Assembly (NCBI GenBank): GCA_025284135.1
Contig: GCA_025284135.1_3646.1
Length of the DNA stretch: 64,000 nucleotides
Origin: a phage
Reading direction: 5' to 3' (one strand)
The first letter of the stretch is position 1; every line of letters starts with the position of its first letter. Positions 16,553 to 25,995 of this stretch are shown piece by piece. Below the pieces are notes generated by a model. It saw only the letters and a list, made by a program, of their open reading frames with translations, searched no databases and was not told the origin of the DNA. Made by a program: the position numbers and the translations under genes.

Positions 16553-18889
16553 ATGGCTACAAACAAAATAGTTGCCACAACAGTCAACAAGATTGGCTTT
16601 GAGATAGAGAACTCCTCCTACAAAAAAGCTGTAGAGAAAATTCGCAGTATTGGGAGGGAGTTCAGGAAACTGGGCGAGGATTTTAACTCAGCCAACCCCA
16701 TGAGTAGATGGCAGGCAGTGGCGGTTAAAACTCAGCAGACAATGCAACGTGTTGCCAGACAACAATCTCAAGCAAATGCTAAACTGCACAGGGAGAGCGT
16801 TGCTCAGGCCAAGAAAGAGGCTGCAGTAAAGGCTGCAATAGAGCGTAGGGAGAATGCAAGACGTAGGCAAGCTGTAGGCAATCTTACCGCCAAAAACCCA
16901 GAGATGGCTAGGATGCGTAAGTTCTACCAGCAGCAAGCTAAAGAGGCTAAAAAAGCTGCCAAATCTGCACCAGTATCCTATGGGGGTTATAAGGCACCTA
17001 AGGCAAGAGTTCTTGCTAACGCCAAGTCTTTCAGATATATTCCAGGCAACCCGAACATGGGTGGGGTGGCTTCAGATCCTAATCTTGTGAAAGCCCAGAC
17101 CGCTGCCATGAATCGTTATCATAGACAGCTAAGAAGAGACAGTAAAGCTGGTATGGATAATAGGCTTATGTCGGATCGTGAGGCAAGGAGAACCCACCTC
17201 TACAACTCCGCGATAAGACTTTCTGCCAAGTATGGGGCCGGATTCCGTGGAAGCTTGCCAGGATACTCAGAGTTAGAGTCTAGGTTTGCTCGCGGGGAGA
17301 TGAAAAAGTCAACCTTTAACGCCCACCTGTCAGCTCTGCAGTCTGGATTTAAAAGCGCCACCAGCCAAACGCTTACACTAGGCGATGCCATGAGAGACTT
17401 ACGTAGATCTGTTATTAATGCAACAGCTGCGTATACAGCTTTTTCTGGATTTGCTGCGGTTAACAGATCCGGTCACATGATGGAGGGGGCAAGTGCTGCT
17501 CTTACTGCTGTTACTGGAGATCCAAACAAAGCCAACAGTGAGGTTGCGTTTGTCCAGCAAGAGGCTATGCGTCTTGGTTTTGATCTCAAATCTGGTCTTC
17601 AAGGTTACGCCCAGATGTCGGTAAACGCCAAAAACCAGATGACAAATCAGGAAGTGCATGAGCTGTTTTCTGCATACTCCCAGTATGCTGCTGCTTATGG
17701 TGCTGATGAGGTAAAATATCAGCGCGGTATCATGGCAATCCAGCAGATGCTTGGCAAGGGACAAGTAATGTCCGAGGAACTGAAGCAACAGCTTGCTGAA
17801 GCATTACCTGGTGCATACGAACCTTTTATCAAGGCCACCAAAGAGGCTTTTGGTCTTTCTGAACTCTCCATGGATCAGTTCATGGACATGATGAAGAAAG
17901 GTGAGGTTAAAACAGCCAAGATCATGAAGTATGTGGCTAAGTACATGAACGAGGCATCTGCAGCTGGTTATGAAAGAATGCAGAAGTCTAACGTGCTGGC
18001 AGAAAACAGACTGAAAACCTTCATCGAACTGACTCGTCAGAAACTGTTCACCCGTTGGTCTGACGAACTGACAGAGTTCTATTATACACTGATCCGCACT
18101 GGTGAGACTCTGCAATTTGTATGGGATGCCTCTGGTGATTTTGTTAGCGGGTTTGTGAGAGGCCTTAACTGGGTAGTTGGTGAACTAAACAACACCATAG
18201 TCAAGATCCGCATGTTTTTCCTTGAATGGGGGATTAAATGGGGATTCATAACAGCTAAGACGAAGGAATATTCTGAAGAGCTTCATGACACCTTTAGCTA
18301 TGCTAAATGGGCAGGGTTTGCTGCTGCCATCATGCTGGTCGTCAACGCTCTAACAAAAGGTTTTGTCATGGCATCCATGCTTGTAAAAACCTTTAAATTC
18401 CTTAACTCTCTAAGAGGTGCAGCTGGAGCAGCAGGTGCCGCTACTGCAGAAGGATCTGGTGGTGGCGCTCCGGCAGGAAAAGGTGGGGGTGGCCTCAAGA
18501 CACCTGGTGGCAAAGTTGGTCTGCTCGGTAAGCTGGGCATTATCGGCACAATACTAAGCGCCGGGGAATTATTTAATGACCGTTACAACCCGCTAAGTGA
18601 AAGAAATCAGCAGCTGGATACTATCAGCGATATGATTCGCAAAGATATCATATCGGGAGGTAACGGGTTTGTTAATCCTTTGGACACCTTACCTGGTGGG
18701 ACTCTTCCGTTGCCAGGTGGCCCTGGTTTTGCTTCTCAATTAAGAACTATGGAAATGCTACCTTTAGAGATCAGTGATGGGAAAATCACGATTTCAATAG
18801 ATGAGGGCGAGTTTAACAAAATATTTGATGCAAAACTTGAGTGGGAGAACAATAAAGATATCAACTTCATGTCTACCGACCTTTGGTAA
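16553..18889 (+). CDS. tail tape measure protein (778 aa)
   Basis: Ala/Lys/Gln-rich helical N-terminal region, central Gly-rich hydrophobic segment, position after chaperone pair. Confidence 0.75.
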   Translation: MATNKIVATTVNKIGFEIENSSYKKAVEKIRSIGREFRKLGEDFNSANPMSRWQAVAVKTQQTMQRVARQQSQANAKLHRESVAQAKKEAAVKAAIERRENARRRQAVGNLTAKNPEMARMRKFYQQQAKEAKKAAKSAPVSYGGYKAPKARVLANAKSFRYIPGNPNMGGVASDPNLVKAQTAAMNRYHRQLRRDSKAGMDNRLMSDREARRTHLYNSAIRLSAKYGAGFRGSLPGYSELESRFARGEMKKSTFNAHLSALQSGFKSATSQTLTLGDAMRDLRRSVINATAAYTAFSGFAAVNRSGHMMEGASAALTAVTGDPNKANSEVAFVQQEAMRLGFDLKSGLQGYAQMSVNAKNQMTNQEVHELFSAYSQYAAAYGADEVKYQRGIMAIQQMLGKGQVMSEELKQQLAEALPGAYEPFIKATKEAFGLSELSMDQFMDMMKKGEVKTAKIMKYVAKYMNEASAAGYERMQKSNVLAENRLKTFIELTRQKLFTRWSDELTEFYYTLIRTGETLQFVWDASGDFVSGFVRGLNWVVGELNNTIVKIRMFFLEWGIKWGFITAKTKEYSEELHDTFSYAKWAGFAAAIMLVVNALTKGFVMASMLVKTFKFLNSLRGAAGAAGAATAEGSGGGAPAGKGGGGLKTPGGKVGLLGKLGIIGTILSAGELFNDRYNPLSERNQQLDTISDMIRKDIISGGNGFVNPLDTLPGGTLPLPGGPGFASQLRTMEMLPLEISDGKITISIDEGEFNKIFDAKLEWENNKDINFMSTDLW

Positions 18890-18897
18890 TAAACTGT

Positions 18898-18932
18898 GCA
18901 GGGGGCTCCGGGCCCCCTTTATTTTATCGGTG
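18898..18932 (+). terminator. rho-independent terminator
   Basis: GGGGGC-TCCG-GGCCCCC followed by TTTATTTTAT. Confidence 0.6.
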
Positions 18933-18961
18933 TTGTAAAAACAGCTATTTTATGATACAAT
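18933..18961 (+). promoter_or_regulatory. sigma70-like promoter TTGTAA-N17-TACAAT
   Basis: Promoter-like hexamers directly after the terminator, upstream of the first post-tape-measure gene. Confidence 0.4.
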
Positions 18962-18994
18962 ATCTAGATGGTATCGGAGTGTCCTGGAGAGGTT

Positions 18995-19879
18995 ATGCCA
19001 AGCAATATAGTTGATGAAAAAGACCTGTACAAGCCTCAAGAGGTTAAATCTCCAAAGGCTGAAAAGGCAGAGCAGCAAACTGAAAGCGATGTAAAGTACA
19101 CTATGTTTGTCAGCGGTCTTAACTATGGTGGTCGCAATACGGAGATGAAGGGTAAAAACTTTACTAACGATCTTGCCATTATCTTCGACCAGGTTGAGAA
19201 CTATTCTTTCAAACATTCTGTTGATAAGACTGATTTTGCAGTGGAAGATAAATCTACCCTGTCAGACCACGCTGTAATTAAAGATGGTGTATTTTCTTTT
19301 ACTGGTAGGGTAAATACATCACCACATATAATCTATGAGCAAAACTACATTGACAGGAATACTGACTCTAAAAACCCTGCAGCATCTATGCGACCGGGCG
19401 CTGCACTGGAGGCTTTGACTGAAATCATTAATAAGCGCCAATTGGTTTCTTTGGTTACCGAGGAAAGACTCCTTGAGAACTACATTATAACCAGCCTTTC
19501 TGCCAGCAAGTCTGTTGGCGAAGGTGCTGCAATGGTTTTTGATGTAGAGCTTACAGAGTTCCGCACATTCTACTTGAACAAGGTTGTTAATGCAACTGTA
19601 TACAGCAATCCTAAGAAAGTAGGCAAGACCCAACAAAAAGGTGCTGTCAACGACTGTAAGAATGGTAGTAACGTAGGTAACAAGAGGGACACAGGAGCAT
19701 TCGCAGACACTGCATCCACAAACGCTGCAGAGGAGTGGCAGCCATACAAATCTATGATGTGGACAGATGAAAACGGTGTTACCCAATCGGCTGCGGATTG
19801 GTATTATCAGGAATATGGAAGACCTTCTACCATAGTCCCATCTGAGCAGGGAAACTACAACAAAGTTAACGGGAAATAA
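18995..19879 (+). CDS. baseplate or distal tail protein candidate (start moved to ATG 18995)
   Basis: ATG 18995 has GGAGAGG RBS; positional inference. Confidence 0.4.
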   Translation: MPSNIVDEKDLYKPQEVKSPKAEKAEQQTESDVKYTMFVSGLNYGGRNTEMKGKNFTNDLAIIFDQVENYSFKHSVDKTDFAVEDKSTLSDHAVIKDGVFSFTGRVNTSPHIIYEQNYIDRNTDSKNPAASMRPGAALEALTEIINKRQLVSLVTEERLLENYIITSLSASKSVGEGAAMVFDVELTEFRTFYLNKVVNATVYSNPKKVGKTQQKGAVNDCKNGSNVGNKRDTGAFADTASTNAAEEWQPYKSMMWTDENGVTQSAADWYYQEYGRPSTIVPSEQGNYNKVNGK

Positions 19880-19891
19880 GGGGAGCGTATA

Positions 19892-20272
19892 ATGGAGCTT
19901 AAAGATTGGTGCATAATCACCTTTGTGTGGGACATTGACGGCTTTCCTGATCAAACCATGCGTGTTGTTTTAGACAACGAAACGTATGAAATGCGTATGC
20001 AATGGAATGAGAGGGATGAGTCTTGGTGGTTATCTCTTGGTCCAGTAGGTGACAGCCCTTTAGTAACCAGAAAAGTAACAGCTTGTCAAGATATCTTAGA
20101 CGGACTGCATTATAGAGACGATTTACCGAAAGGTAGATTGATGGCACTGTCGTTTAAAGATGATCAATATTGGGGCAGGGTTGGAAGATACAACCTTGGA
20201 GCAAGATCCGAGCTACAACTTGTATACGGCACCCCAGTTGATCTTTACAAGGAACAGCAAGGGTTAGAATAA
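19892..20272 (+). CDS. baseplate-associated small protein
   Basis: AAGGGGAG RBS; position. Confidence 0.4.
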   Translation: MELKDWCIITFVWDIDGFPDQTMRVVLDNETYEMRMQWNERDESWWLSLGPVGDSPLVTRKVTACQDILDGLHYRDDLPKGRLMALSFKDDQYWGRVGRYNLGARSELQLVYGTPVDLYKEQQGLE

Positions 20273-21276
20273 TGGCAGAGTACAGACGTAGAACATGGCG
20301 ATTATTGTTTGGTCGTCCTGTAGAACATGGCGGTAAATCAAAAACCAATATCCCAAAATCTGTTGAAAAGAAAGGGGAGAGTGATTCCGGAGTTTATGAA
20401 GTTAGCTCAGACACTGGTGCTGCCAATATAGAGTTTGACATACAAAAGGACAATACCAAAGAGCCAAACAAAGGTTATGTGACAGTTTACAACCTGTCCG
20501 ACGATACAGTTAACTATCTGGATATGCATCAGGCTGATGCTCTTGCAGTTATGTTTGAAGCTGGCTATGATAATGAGAACCAGTTGATATTCTCCGGAAC
20601 TGTGGAGTTTGTTGAAGACAGATGGGAAGGTCCTACCAGAAAAACTAAGTTCATCTTTGGGGATGGCACTGAGAACATCATTAAGTGCCAAAGCACAAGA
20701 TCTTATCAGAAAGGCACACCTCTGAACTCTGTGCTTAATGACTTACTGAAGGATATGAACTTGCCAAAAGGTAGGGTTGTTGGTTTTGGAAACCAGACTT
20801 TGCAATACTCTATGGCTTTCTCTGGAAACACTGCAGAGAACCTCCGCAGGTTTGCAAGGCTGACCAACTCAACATTTAGCGTTCAGGATGGGGCTTTGTA
20901 TTGGACCAAGGTTGGAAAAAGGTTCAAAGACTCTGTGTTTGAAATAAGCGCAGAGTCTGGGATGCACGGATCTCCTACCCCTAAAAACCCAGAACCTGCT
21001 AAAAAACGAAAAGCTAAAGCTGCTGCCAAAGGTGGTTCGACATCTAAAAAGAAAAAGAAAAACCCGAGAGAGGATGTTGGCCTTACTGTAACCACATGCC
21101 TTAACGGAGCTATCCTCCCAGAGTCCACTATTTATCTTAAAAGCAAGCAATATACAGGCTTCTATAAGGTGATCACGGTGCATCATAAGGGCACCATAGA
21201 AGGTGGTGATTACACTACAGAGCTTGGCCTTGGGGAAACAGTGGGTGGAGTTGTTGACAAAACTGAGGAGGTATAA
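20272..21276 (+). CDS. baseplate protein (possible hub component)
   Basis: 334 aa with Lys-rich patch KKRKAKAAAKGGSTSKKKKK; position. Confidence 0.4.
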   Translation: MAEYRRRTWRLLFGRPVEHGGKSKTNIPKSVEKKGESDSGVYEVSSDTGAANIEFDIQKDNTKEPNKGYVTVYNLSDDTVNYLDMHQADALAVMFEAGYDNENQLIFSGTVEFVEDRWEGPTRKTKFIFGDGTENIIKCQSTRSYQKGTPLNSVLNDLLKDMNLPKGRVVGFGNQTLQYSMAFSGNTAENLRRFARLTNSTFSVQDGALYWTKVGKRFKDSVFEISAESGMHGSPTPKNPEPAKKRKAKAAAKGGSTSKKKKKNPREDVGLTVTTCLNGAILPESTIYLKSKQYTGFYKVITVHHKGTIEGGDYTTELGLGETVGGVVDKTEEV

Positions 21277-21953
21277 TGGCAATAAATAGGAAAGATGCTG
21301 CTGTAAGATCCTTCATAGAAAAAATAATGAGGGACTACCACACCAGTATCAGGGCCAGAGTTGTCAGTGTAGACTACAGTATCCCTTCTGCATCTGTGCA
21401 GCCAATAGCTGAAACCACGTTTGATGACGGAGATGTGGAGAGATACCCCCTTATCTATGACGTTCCAATTCAGGTGATGTCTGCAAACAGCGGAAAGGCA
21501 AGGTTAACACTTCCTATTAAGGCCGGAGATGTTGTAGGATTGCAGTTTTCAGAGAGGAATGAAAACAATAACGACGATCAACAAACTCACGGCCTGTTTC
21601 CAGGGTGGGCAATCACCTCCGTTCATTCAGACTCAAACGCTTTACAGATCGATCCTGATAACGTAGAGTTATGGAATGATAGGGTTTATTTTAAACTGAC
21701 ACCTTCTGGCGATTTTGAGCTTCAGACACCGGGTGGAACATTACGGTGCGACAGCAGCGGGGAGTTTTCTTTCACTAACGGTGCTGCCAATTTGCGAGCT
21801 GCTGTGGATGGAAATATCAGAATGAATGGTGCCACAATAGACCCATCTGGTAGAATTATAACTGCTGCTGGCGTGGATTTGGATTCATTCTATGCAGAAT
21901 ATAAAGGTCATACCCACTCTTGCCCTGATGGCGAGACAAGTGGACCGCACTAA
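21276..21953 (+). CDS. baseplate central spike-like protein (gpV-like)
   Basis: N-terminal OB-fold-like region; C-terminal GHTHSCPDGETSGP with HxH metal-binding-like motif typical of spike apex. Confidence 0.45.
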   Translation: MAINRKDAAVRSFIEKIMRDYHTSIRARVVSVDYSIPSASVQPIAETTFDDGDVERYPLIYDVPIQVMSANSGKARLTLPIKAGDVVGLQFSERNENNNDDQQTHGLFPGWAITSVHSDSNALQIDPDNVELWNDRVYFKLTPSGDFELQTPGGTLRCDSSGEFSFTNGAANLRAAVDGNIRMNGATIDPSGRIITAAGVDLDSFYAEYKGHTHSCPDGETSGPH

Positions 21954-21965
21954 TAGAGGGCTTTC

Positions 21966-22682
21966 ATGGCTACGCTTTATAGTGATATATTGATGGACCC
22001 ACAGACAGGCGATTTGGCGATAGACAAAGGTCTTGAGTTGATAGATTCAAACCAGGTGAGTCTGCGCCAGCGCTTGTGGATGAGATTTAATACGTGGAAG
22101 GGGAGCTGGTACTTTGACGAGTTGTTTGGCTTTCCTTATATGGACTTTCTCAGTAAGAAGGTCATGAAGACTGTTCTTGATAACAAGATTATGGAAGTGG
22201 CAAGACAAGAGCCGGATGTGCTAAACATCATAAACTTCCAGTCTACCATGGATCGAAGATCGAGAACATACCAAGCGTTCTTTGAGGTTGTTACCAAAGA
22301 GAACGAGATTGTAAGGCTGGCTTTCGTAGGTCTTGATCAGTTTACCTACCCACAGCCTGATTCTGGGACAACCTCTCTCTGTGATGATGAAGGTTGGATT
22401 AAGTGGGCTAATAAACTGTACTACCTGATCAACTTCAGATTGCCTAGAACCGGAGATGCCACATGGTGGAACCAGTATGCTGGTCCTGAGATGGAAAACC
22501 CGATCCCTGTAGGCTCTCTGTTGACTCAGGATAAAGATCTGCTGATGACCGAGGCAGAACAAACCATTAACCGCAATACCTGGACGCTTGCTCCAGATGA
22601 GCGCGAATACTCTGGTGTTATTGCTACCTCCAATGATGAGGCTATTGCCAACCAGTCTGGTCGTGCTATTGATGTTAACTAA
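21966..22682 (+). CDS. baseplate wedge protein (gp25/gpW-like N-terminal region)
   Basis: N-terminal pattern GDLAIDKGLELIDSNQVSLRQRLWMRFNTWKGSWYFDELFGFPY resembles gp25-like wedge family. Confidence 0.4.
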   Translation: MATLYSDILMDPQTGDLAIDKGLELIDSNQVSLRQRLWMRFNTWKGSWYFDELFGFPYMDFLSKKVMKTVLDNKIMEVARQEPDVLNIINFQSTMDRRSRTYQAFFEVVTKENEIVRLAFVGLDQFTYPQPDSGTTSLCDDEGWIKWANKLYYLINFRLPRTGDATWWNQYAGPEMENPIPVGSLLTQDKDLLMTEAEQTINRNTWTLAPDEREYSGVIATSNDEAIANQSGRAIDVN

Positions 22683-22691
22683 GGAGAAATC

Positions 22692-23360
22692 ATGGCTGTA
22701 GCTTATCCTACAATACCAATTCCAGATCTTGAAGATGCAGAAACAGTCCTGAGTGATGACTTCTTGGTTGTCAACCAGACTGATGGGACAAGAAAGGCTA
22801 AGATTGATGATGTTGTCAACGATCTCAGCATTACTAAAATAGTCTATTTCACAGAGGGTGGTTATCTTAAGAGCAAGAAGGACTTTGCTTATGATCCAGA
22901 GACCAAGCGCTACTACACGTGGAACGGGGACTATCCTAAAATAATCCTCCCAGACTCCACTGTAGAGGGTGCTGGGGGTGTGTCTGCAAATGCCTGGTCT
23001 GTTTTTGGTGAGCTTGCTGCAACTTCTTCTGGCAGAATAGTTGATTACGGATCTATCGGTGGTCAGCTTAATATGGATCTTGAAGTTGCGGATACCTTTA
23101 AGGTTCGACTAACTTCAAATACCACAATCTCTTTTGAAAATCAAACAGAAGGTCTTGAAGGGGTGGCGAGAACTATAACCGTATGCATTACTCAGACCTC
23201 TGGCGGCAACAAAGTCTATTGGCCCGGCAATGTTAAATGGTCCTACGGAAGAGATCCTATCCTAACATTTACAGCTGGTGCAACAGACATTTTCAAGTTG
23301 GAAACCTACGACAACGGGTTAACTTGGTACGGGGCACTGATTATCGCAGGAGCTATCTAA
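22692..23360 (+). CDS. tail fibre/spike N-terminal anchor-domain protein (222 aa)
   Basis: N-terminus is paralogous to the N-terminus of the 25996 fibre. Confidence 0.45.
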   Translation: MAVAYPTIPIPDLEDAETVLSDDFLVVNQTDGTRKAKIDDVVNDLSITKIVYFTEGGYLKSKKDFAYDPETKRYYTWNGDYPKIILPDSTVEGAGGVSANAWSVFGELAATSSGRIVDYGSIGGQLNMDLEVADTFKVRLTSNTTISFENQTEGLEGVARTITVCITQTSGGNKVYWPGNVKWSYGRDPILTFTAGATDIFKLETYDNGLTWYGALIIAGAI

Positions 23361-23361
23361 G

Positions 23362-25959
23362 ATGCGTATTCAACATAACATTGATAACGTATTTCAGATG
23401 ATTGAGGGGCACAGGAAGTGCCTCGATAACAACACAGGTATTACCAACACCCCTACACAAAATAAGCTAGTAAACCCTGATGGTCTTATAGCTGCAGGGT
23501 GGGCAGGTAATAAGATAAATAATGATTGGGCAATGCATGAGTCCCAAGCTGTGTTGATTCTGGGATACATTGAAGCATACAGGGCATCGAAAAGCGATTT
23601 CTATCTGGATAGGGCAAAAGATGCTTGGGAAGCTTACAATAGTCATCTTCTGGGTGCATATGCAGTAGAAAGTAAAATGCAAAGATTGTCCCACTACCCT
23701 CTATCTACAGATGGGGTTCCATCACATGGTGGGTTTAAAGATGTGGTGGTGTCTTTTACCAATGGTAGAGGAAAAATCCCAGCTGGATCTCCGACATGGG
23801 GAGAATACCTGGACAAGGCATTCCAAGCGTATAACGGTGTGTTAGGAAGAAACACGGTAGACTCCGATGTTTACGGTGGCACAGATGCTGACCCAGATTG
23901 GACAACATCCGGATTAAGTTGGTGGGTTGAGTGGTATATAGCATGGGATGGTAACCGCTATTGGGCTAACGGTAGCATAGCCGACAGTGGTCATACGTCT
24001 GTAGAGTTCGGCACAATCCAATTACAAGATAAGGGTGTTACAGGAAGCCACAAGGTAACCTATTGTGTAAGATTACCTCAAGAGCAGGGTGGATCGGTGA
24101 TACCTGCAGGATCCCCTGTAATTGTGAATCCTATAAACGTGGTTGCAGACAATCAAGCCCCAGAGTTGGACGGGGAAGAAATGTGGTGTGACGCTTGTTA
24201 TCAACTCTACACCTTGACAGGTGAGGAAAAGTATTACACCGCGTTTAAACAGTCTTACAACAAGTTGCTTAATTTCAGTGATATAAACGCCTACGACAAA
24301 CTGTTTAGAAAGACCACGTTGATTAAGGCACCATTTACAGATGGTGCTTGTCTTGTTGCAGGAACAGTTCCTGTCATGAGCAGGGATAGTGACGGGTATA
24401 TCAATTTTAGAATGAACGCACGCCAGCCTTGCGAAATAATTCAAAAAGGGACTACATACAAAATAGGCAGAGATGCTGAAATTGTTATGAATTTCGGAGG
24501 AGAAGGGGTTCTGTTCCAGCCACATTTCATCCTTAATGATGGCAACAATAACAAAAAACAGTACAGGATAGGTGTTCCTTTTGGGGGTGCAGAGGTAACA
24601 GAAATAGTTGCCAAGGTTACTGATTTCGTAGAGGTAGTTGGTAAAGACGGTAATCCGTACCTCTTACCTAAAGAGGAAAACATTGCCGTGAGCGGTGGTG
24701 CCAGTGTTAGTATGCAGTACGATACCGACATTTACAACCACTCTGACAACTTCACCCGTTGTAATATAGCAAGGGGCAAAGTAACTTTCAATTTTGGAAG
24801 AGAGATTTCTTTAAACTCAGTAACTTATCGATCAGATGATGAGATGGTAAGGGTCAAATTTCTTGACAAAGACAGGTGGTTATGGTATGCTGATCTATAT
24901 GCCACTAATGGACAATGGATAACAGAAACTCTTACTCTAGGAGATTTCAAACTAGATCCGACACAACCTCATCACACCGAAGAAGAGATTAAACCTTTCT
25001 TTGCTAATCCTAAGGGGCTCACCTCTGTAGATTTCAGCCTAAGCGACAGGCAGATAGGTAATGGCTTGTTTGACCTATATTGCGTCAACACACTGCCACA
25101 ATTTTATATTGCAGATAGAGATGCTTATCTAATCTGGTTTAGCGTATGGATGGCAAGCAAGACAGAATCAACCGCTAGGGTTGGCGATTGCTATGTCAGA
25201 AACTACAAGCAAGGCGCATACAGGCACACACCGGGTGTGTTCCCTGCCGGAAAGGTGATAGATAAGGAAAACTATCTCTTAGAGGAAAAGCCAAATTGGC
25301 CCTACCCTGGCATGCAATATCCAGCAATCTACTGCATGGGTGCAGAAAACATAGATCGCCATAGATTGTCAAATACAATAGGCTTTCTGTATGACGCTCA
25401 AGTCTGGTATAATAATACATTTAAGACAGAGGGTCCAGTTGCCTCGCGTTATGTATGGCAGAGAGGTAATGAAGGGCTGACTGGTTGGTGGGAGATGGTA
25501 GATAACTCTAAACTCCAGTCAAGATCTTTTGTTGCTGCGTGCCGCACAATATATGAGCTCAAGAAACATAAAGAACCTGTTGATGAAAGACTATTCCTGT
25601 TCTGCCAGAAATGGGCATGGTTCCTCAACAGATTCCAGTCATCTCATTCAGGAAATCTGCCCACAGACTTTAACACCTCTGGGGGATATTCTTATCAAGA
25701 CAGAGGAGACAGGATGTGGGTGGTAGGTGAATGGCTTGCAGGTTGCTGCTGGCTAGGTCTGTGCGGGTATTCAGAGACAATACCTCAAATAGATATTGTT
25801 GTGGAAGCCTGTGTGAAGCTACTGCAAAAGCACCACTTCATTAATGGGGATAATATTTTAAACGGCTGCTGGGCAGTTTCTGATCCGGTTGGCTATCACT
25901 CTGGCGAAATCCTTCGCGGTCTGGGCCTTTATGCTCAATACCGTGGATTGTACCTTTAA
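23362..25959 (+). CDS. tailspike-like protein, possible glycanase (865 aa)
   Basis: Starts 1 nt after the anchor ORF stop; large Trp/Tyr-rich protein in the tail-fibre region; enzymatic role is a guess. Confidence 0.35.
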   Translation: MRIQHNIDNVFQMIEGHRKCLDNNTGITNTPTQNKLVNPDGLIAAGWAGNKINNDWAMHESQAVLILGYIEAYRASKSDFYLDRAKDAWEAYNSHLLGAYAVESKMQRLSHYPLSTDGVPSHGGFKDVVVSFTNGRGKIPAGSPTWGEYLDKAFQAYNGVLGRNTVDSDVYGGTDADPDWTTSGLSWWVEWYIAWDGNRYWANGSIADSGHTSVEFGTIQLQDKGVTGSHKVTYCVRLPQEQGGSVIPAGSPVIVNPINVVADNQAPELDGEEMWCDACYQLYTLTGEEKYYTAFKQSYNKLLNFSDINAYDKLFRKTTLIKAPFTDGACLVAGTVPVMSRDSDGYINFRMNARQPCEIIQKGTTYKIGRDAEIVMNFGGEGVLFQPHFILNDGNNNKKQYRIGVPFGGAEVTEIVAKVTDFVEVVGKDGNPYLLPKEENIAVSGGASVSMQYDTDIYNHSDNFTRCNIARGKVTFNFGREISLNSVTYRSDDEMVRVKFLDKDRWLWYADLYATNGQWITETLTLGDFKLDPTQPHHTEEEIKPFFANPKGLTSVDFSLSDRQIGNGLFDLYCVNTLPQFYIADRDAYLIWFSVWMASKTESTARVGDCYVRNYKQGAYRHTPGVFPAGKVIDKENYLLEEKPNWPYPGMQYPAIYCMGAENIDRHRLSNTIGFLYDAQVWYNNTFKTEGPVASRYVWQRGNEGLTGWWEMVDNSKLQSRSFVAACRTIYELKKHKEPVDERLFLFCQKWAWFLNRFQSSHSGNLPTDFNTSGGYSYQDRGDRMWVVGEWLAGCCWLGLCGYSETIPQIDIVVEACVKLLQKHHFINGDNILNGCWAVSDPVGYHSGEILRGLGLYAQYRGLYL

Positions 25960-25965
25960 CATAGG

Positions 25966-25993
25966 GGGGCTGTTTGCCCCCTTTCAGGAGAAA
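25966..25993 (+). terminator. terminator-like hairpin
   Basis: GGGGGC-TGTT-TGCCCCC followed by TTTC. Confidence 0.4.
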
Positions 25994-25995
25994 GA

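Noticed and set aside
19319-19954. 211-aa minus-strand ORF
   Set aside because: Antisense to plus-strand ORF 18995-19879 within a co-directional operon; Cys/Leu-rich low-complexity translation.
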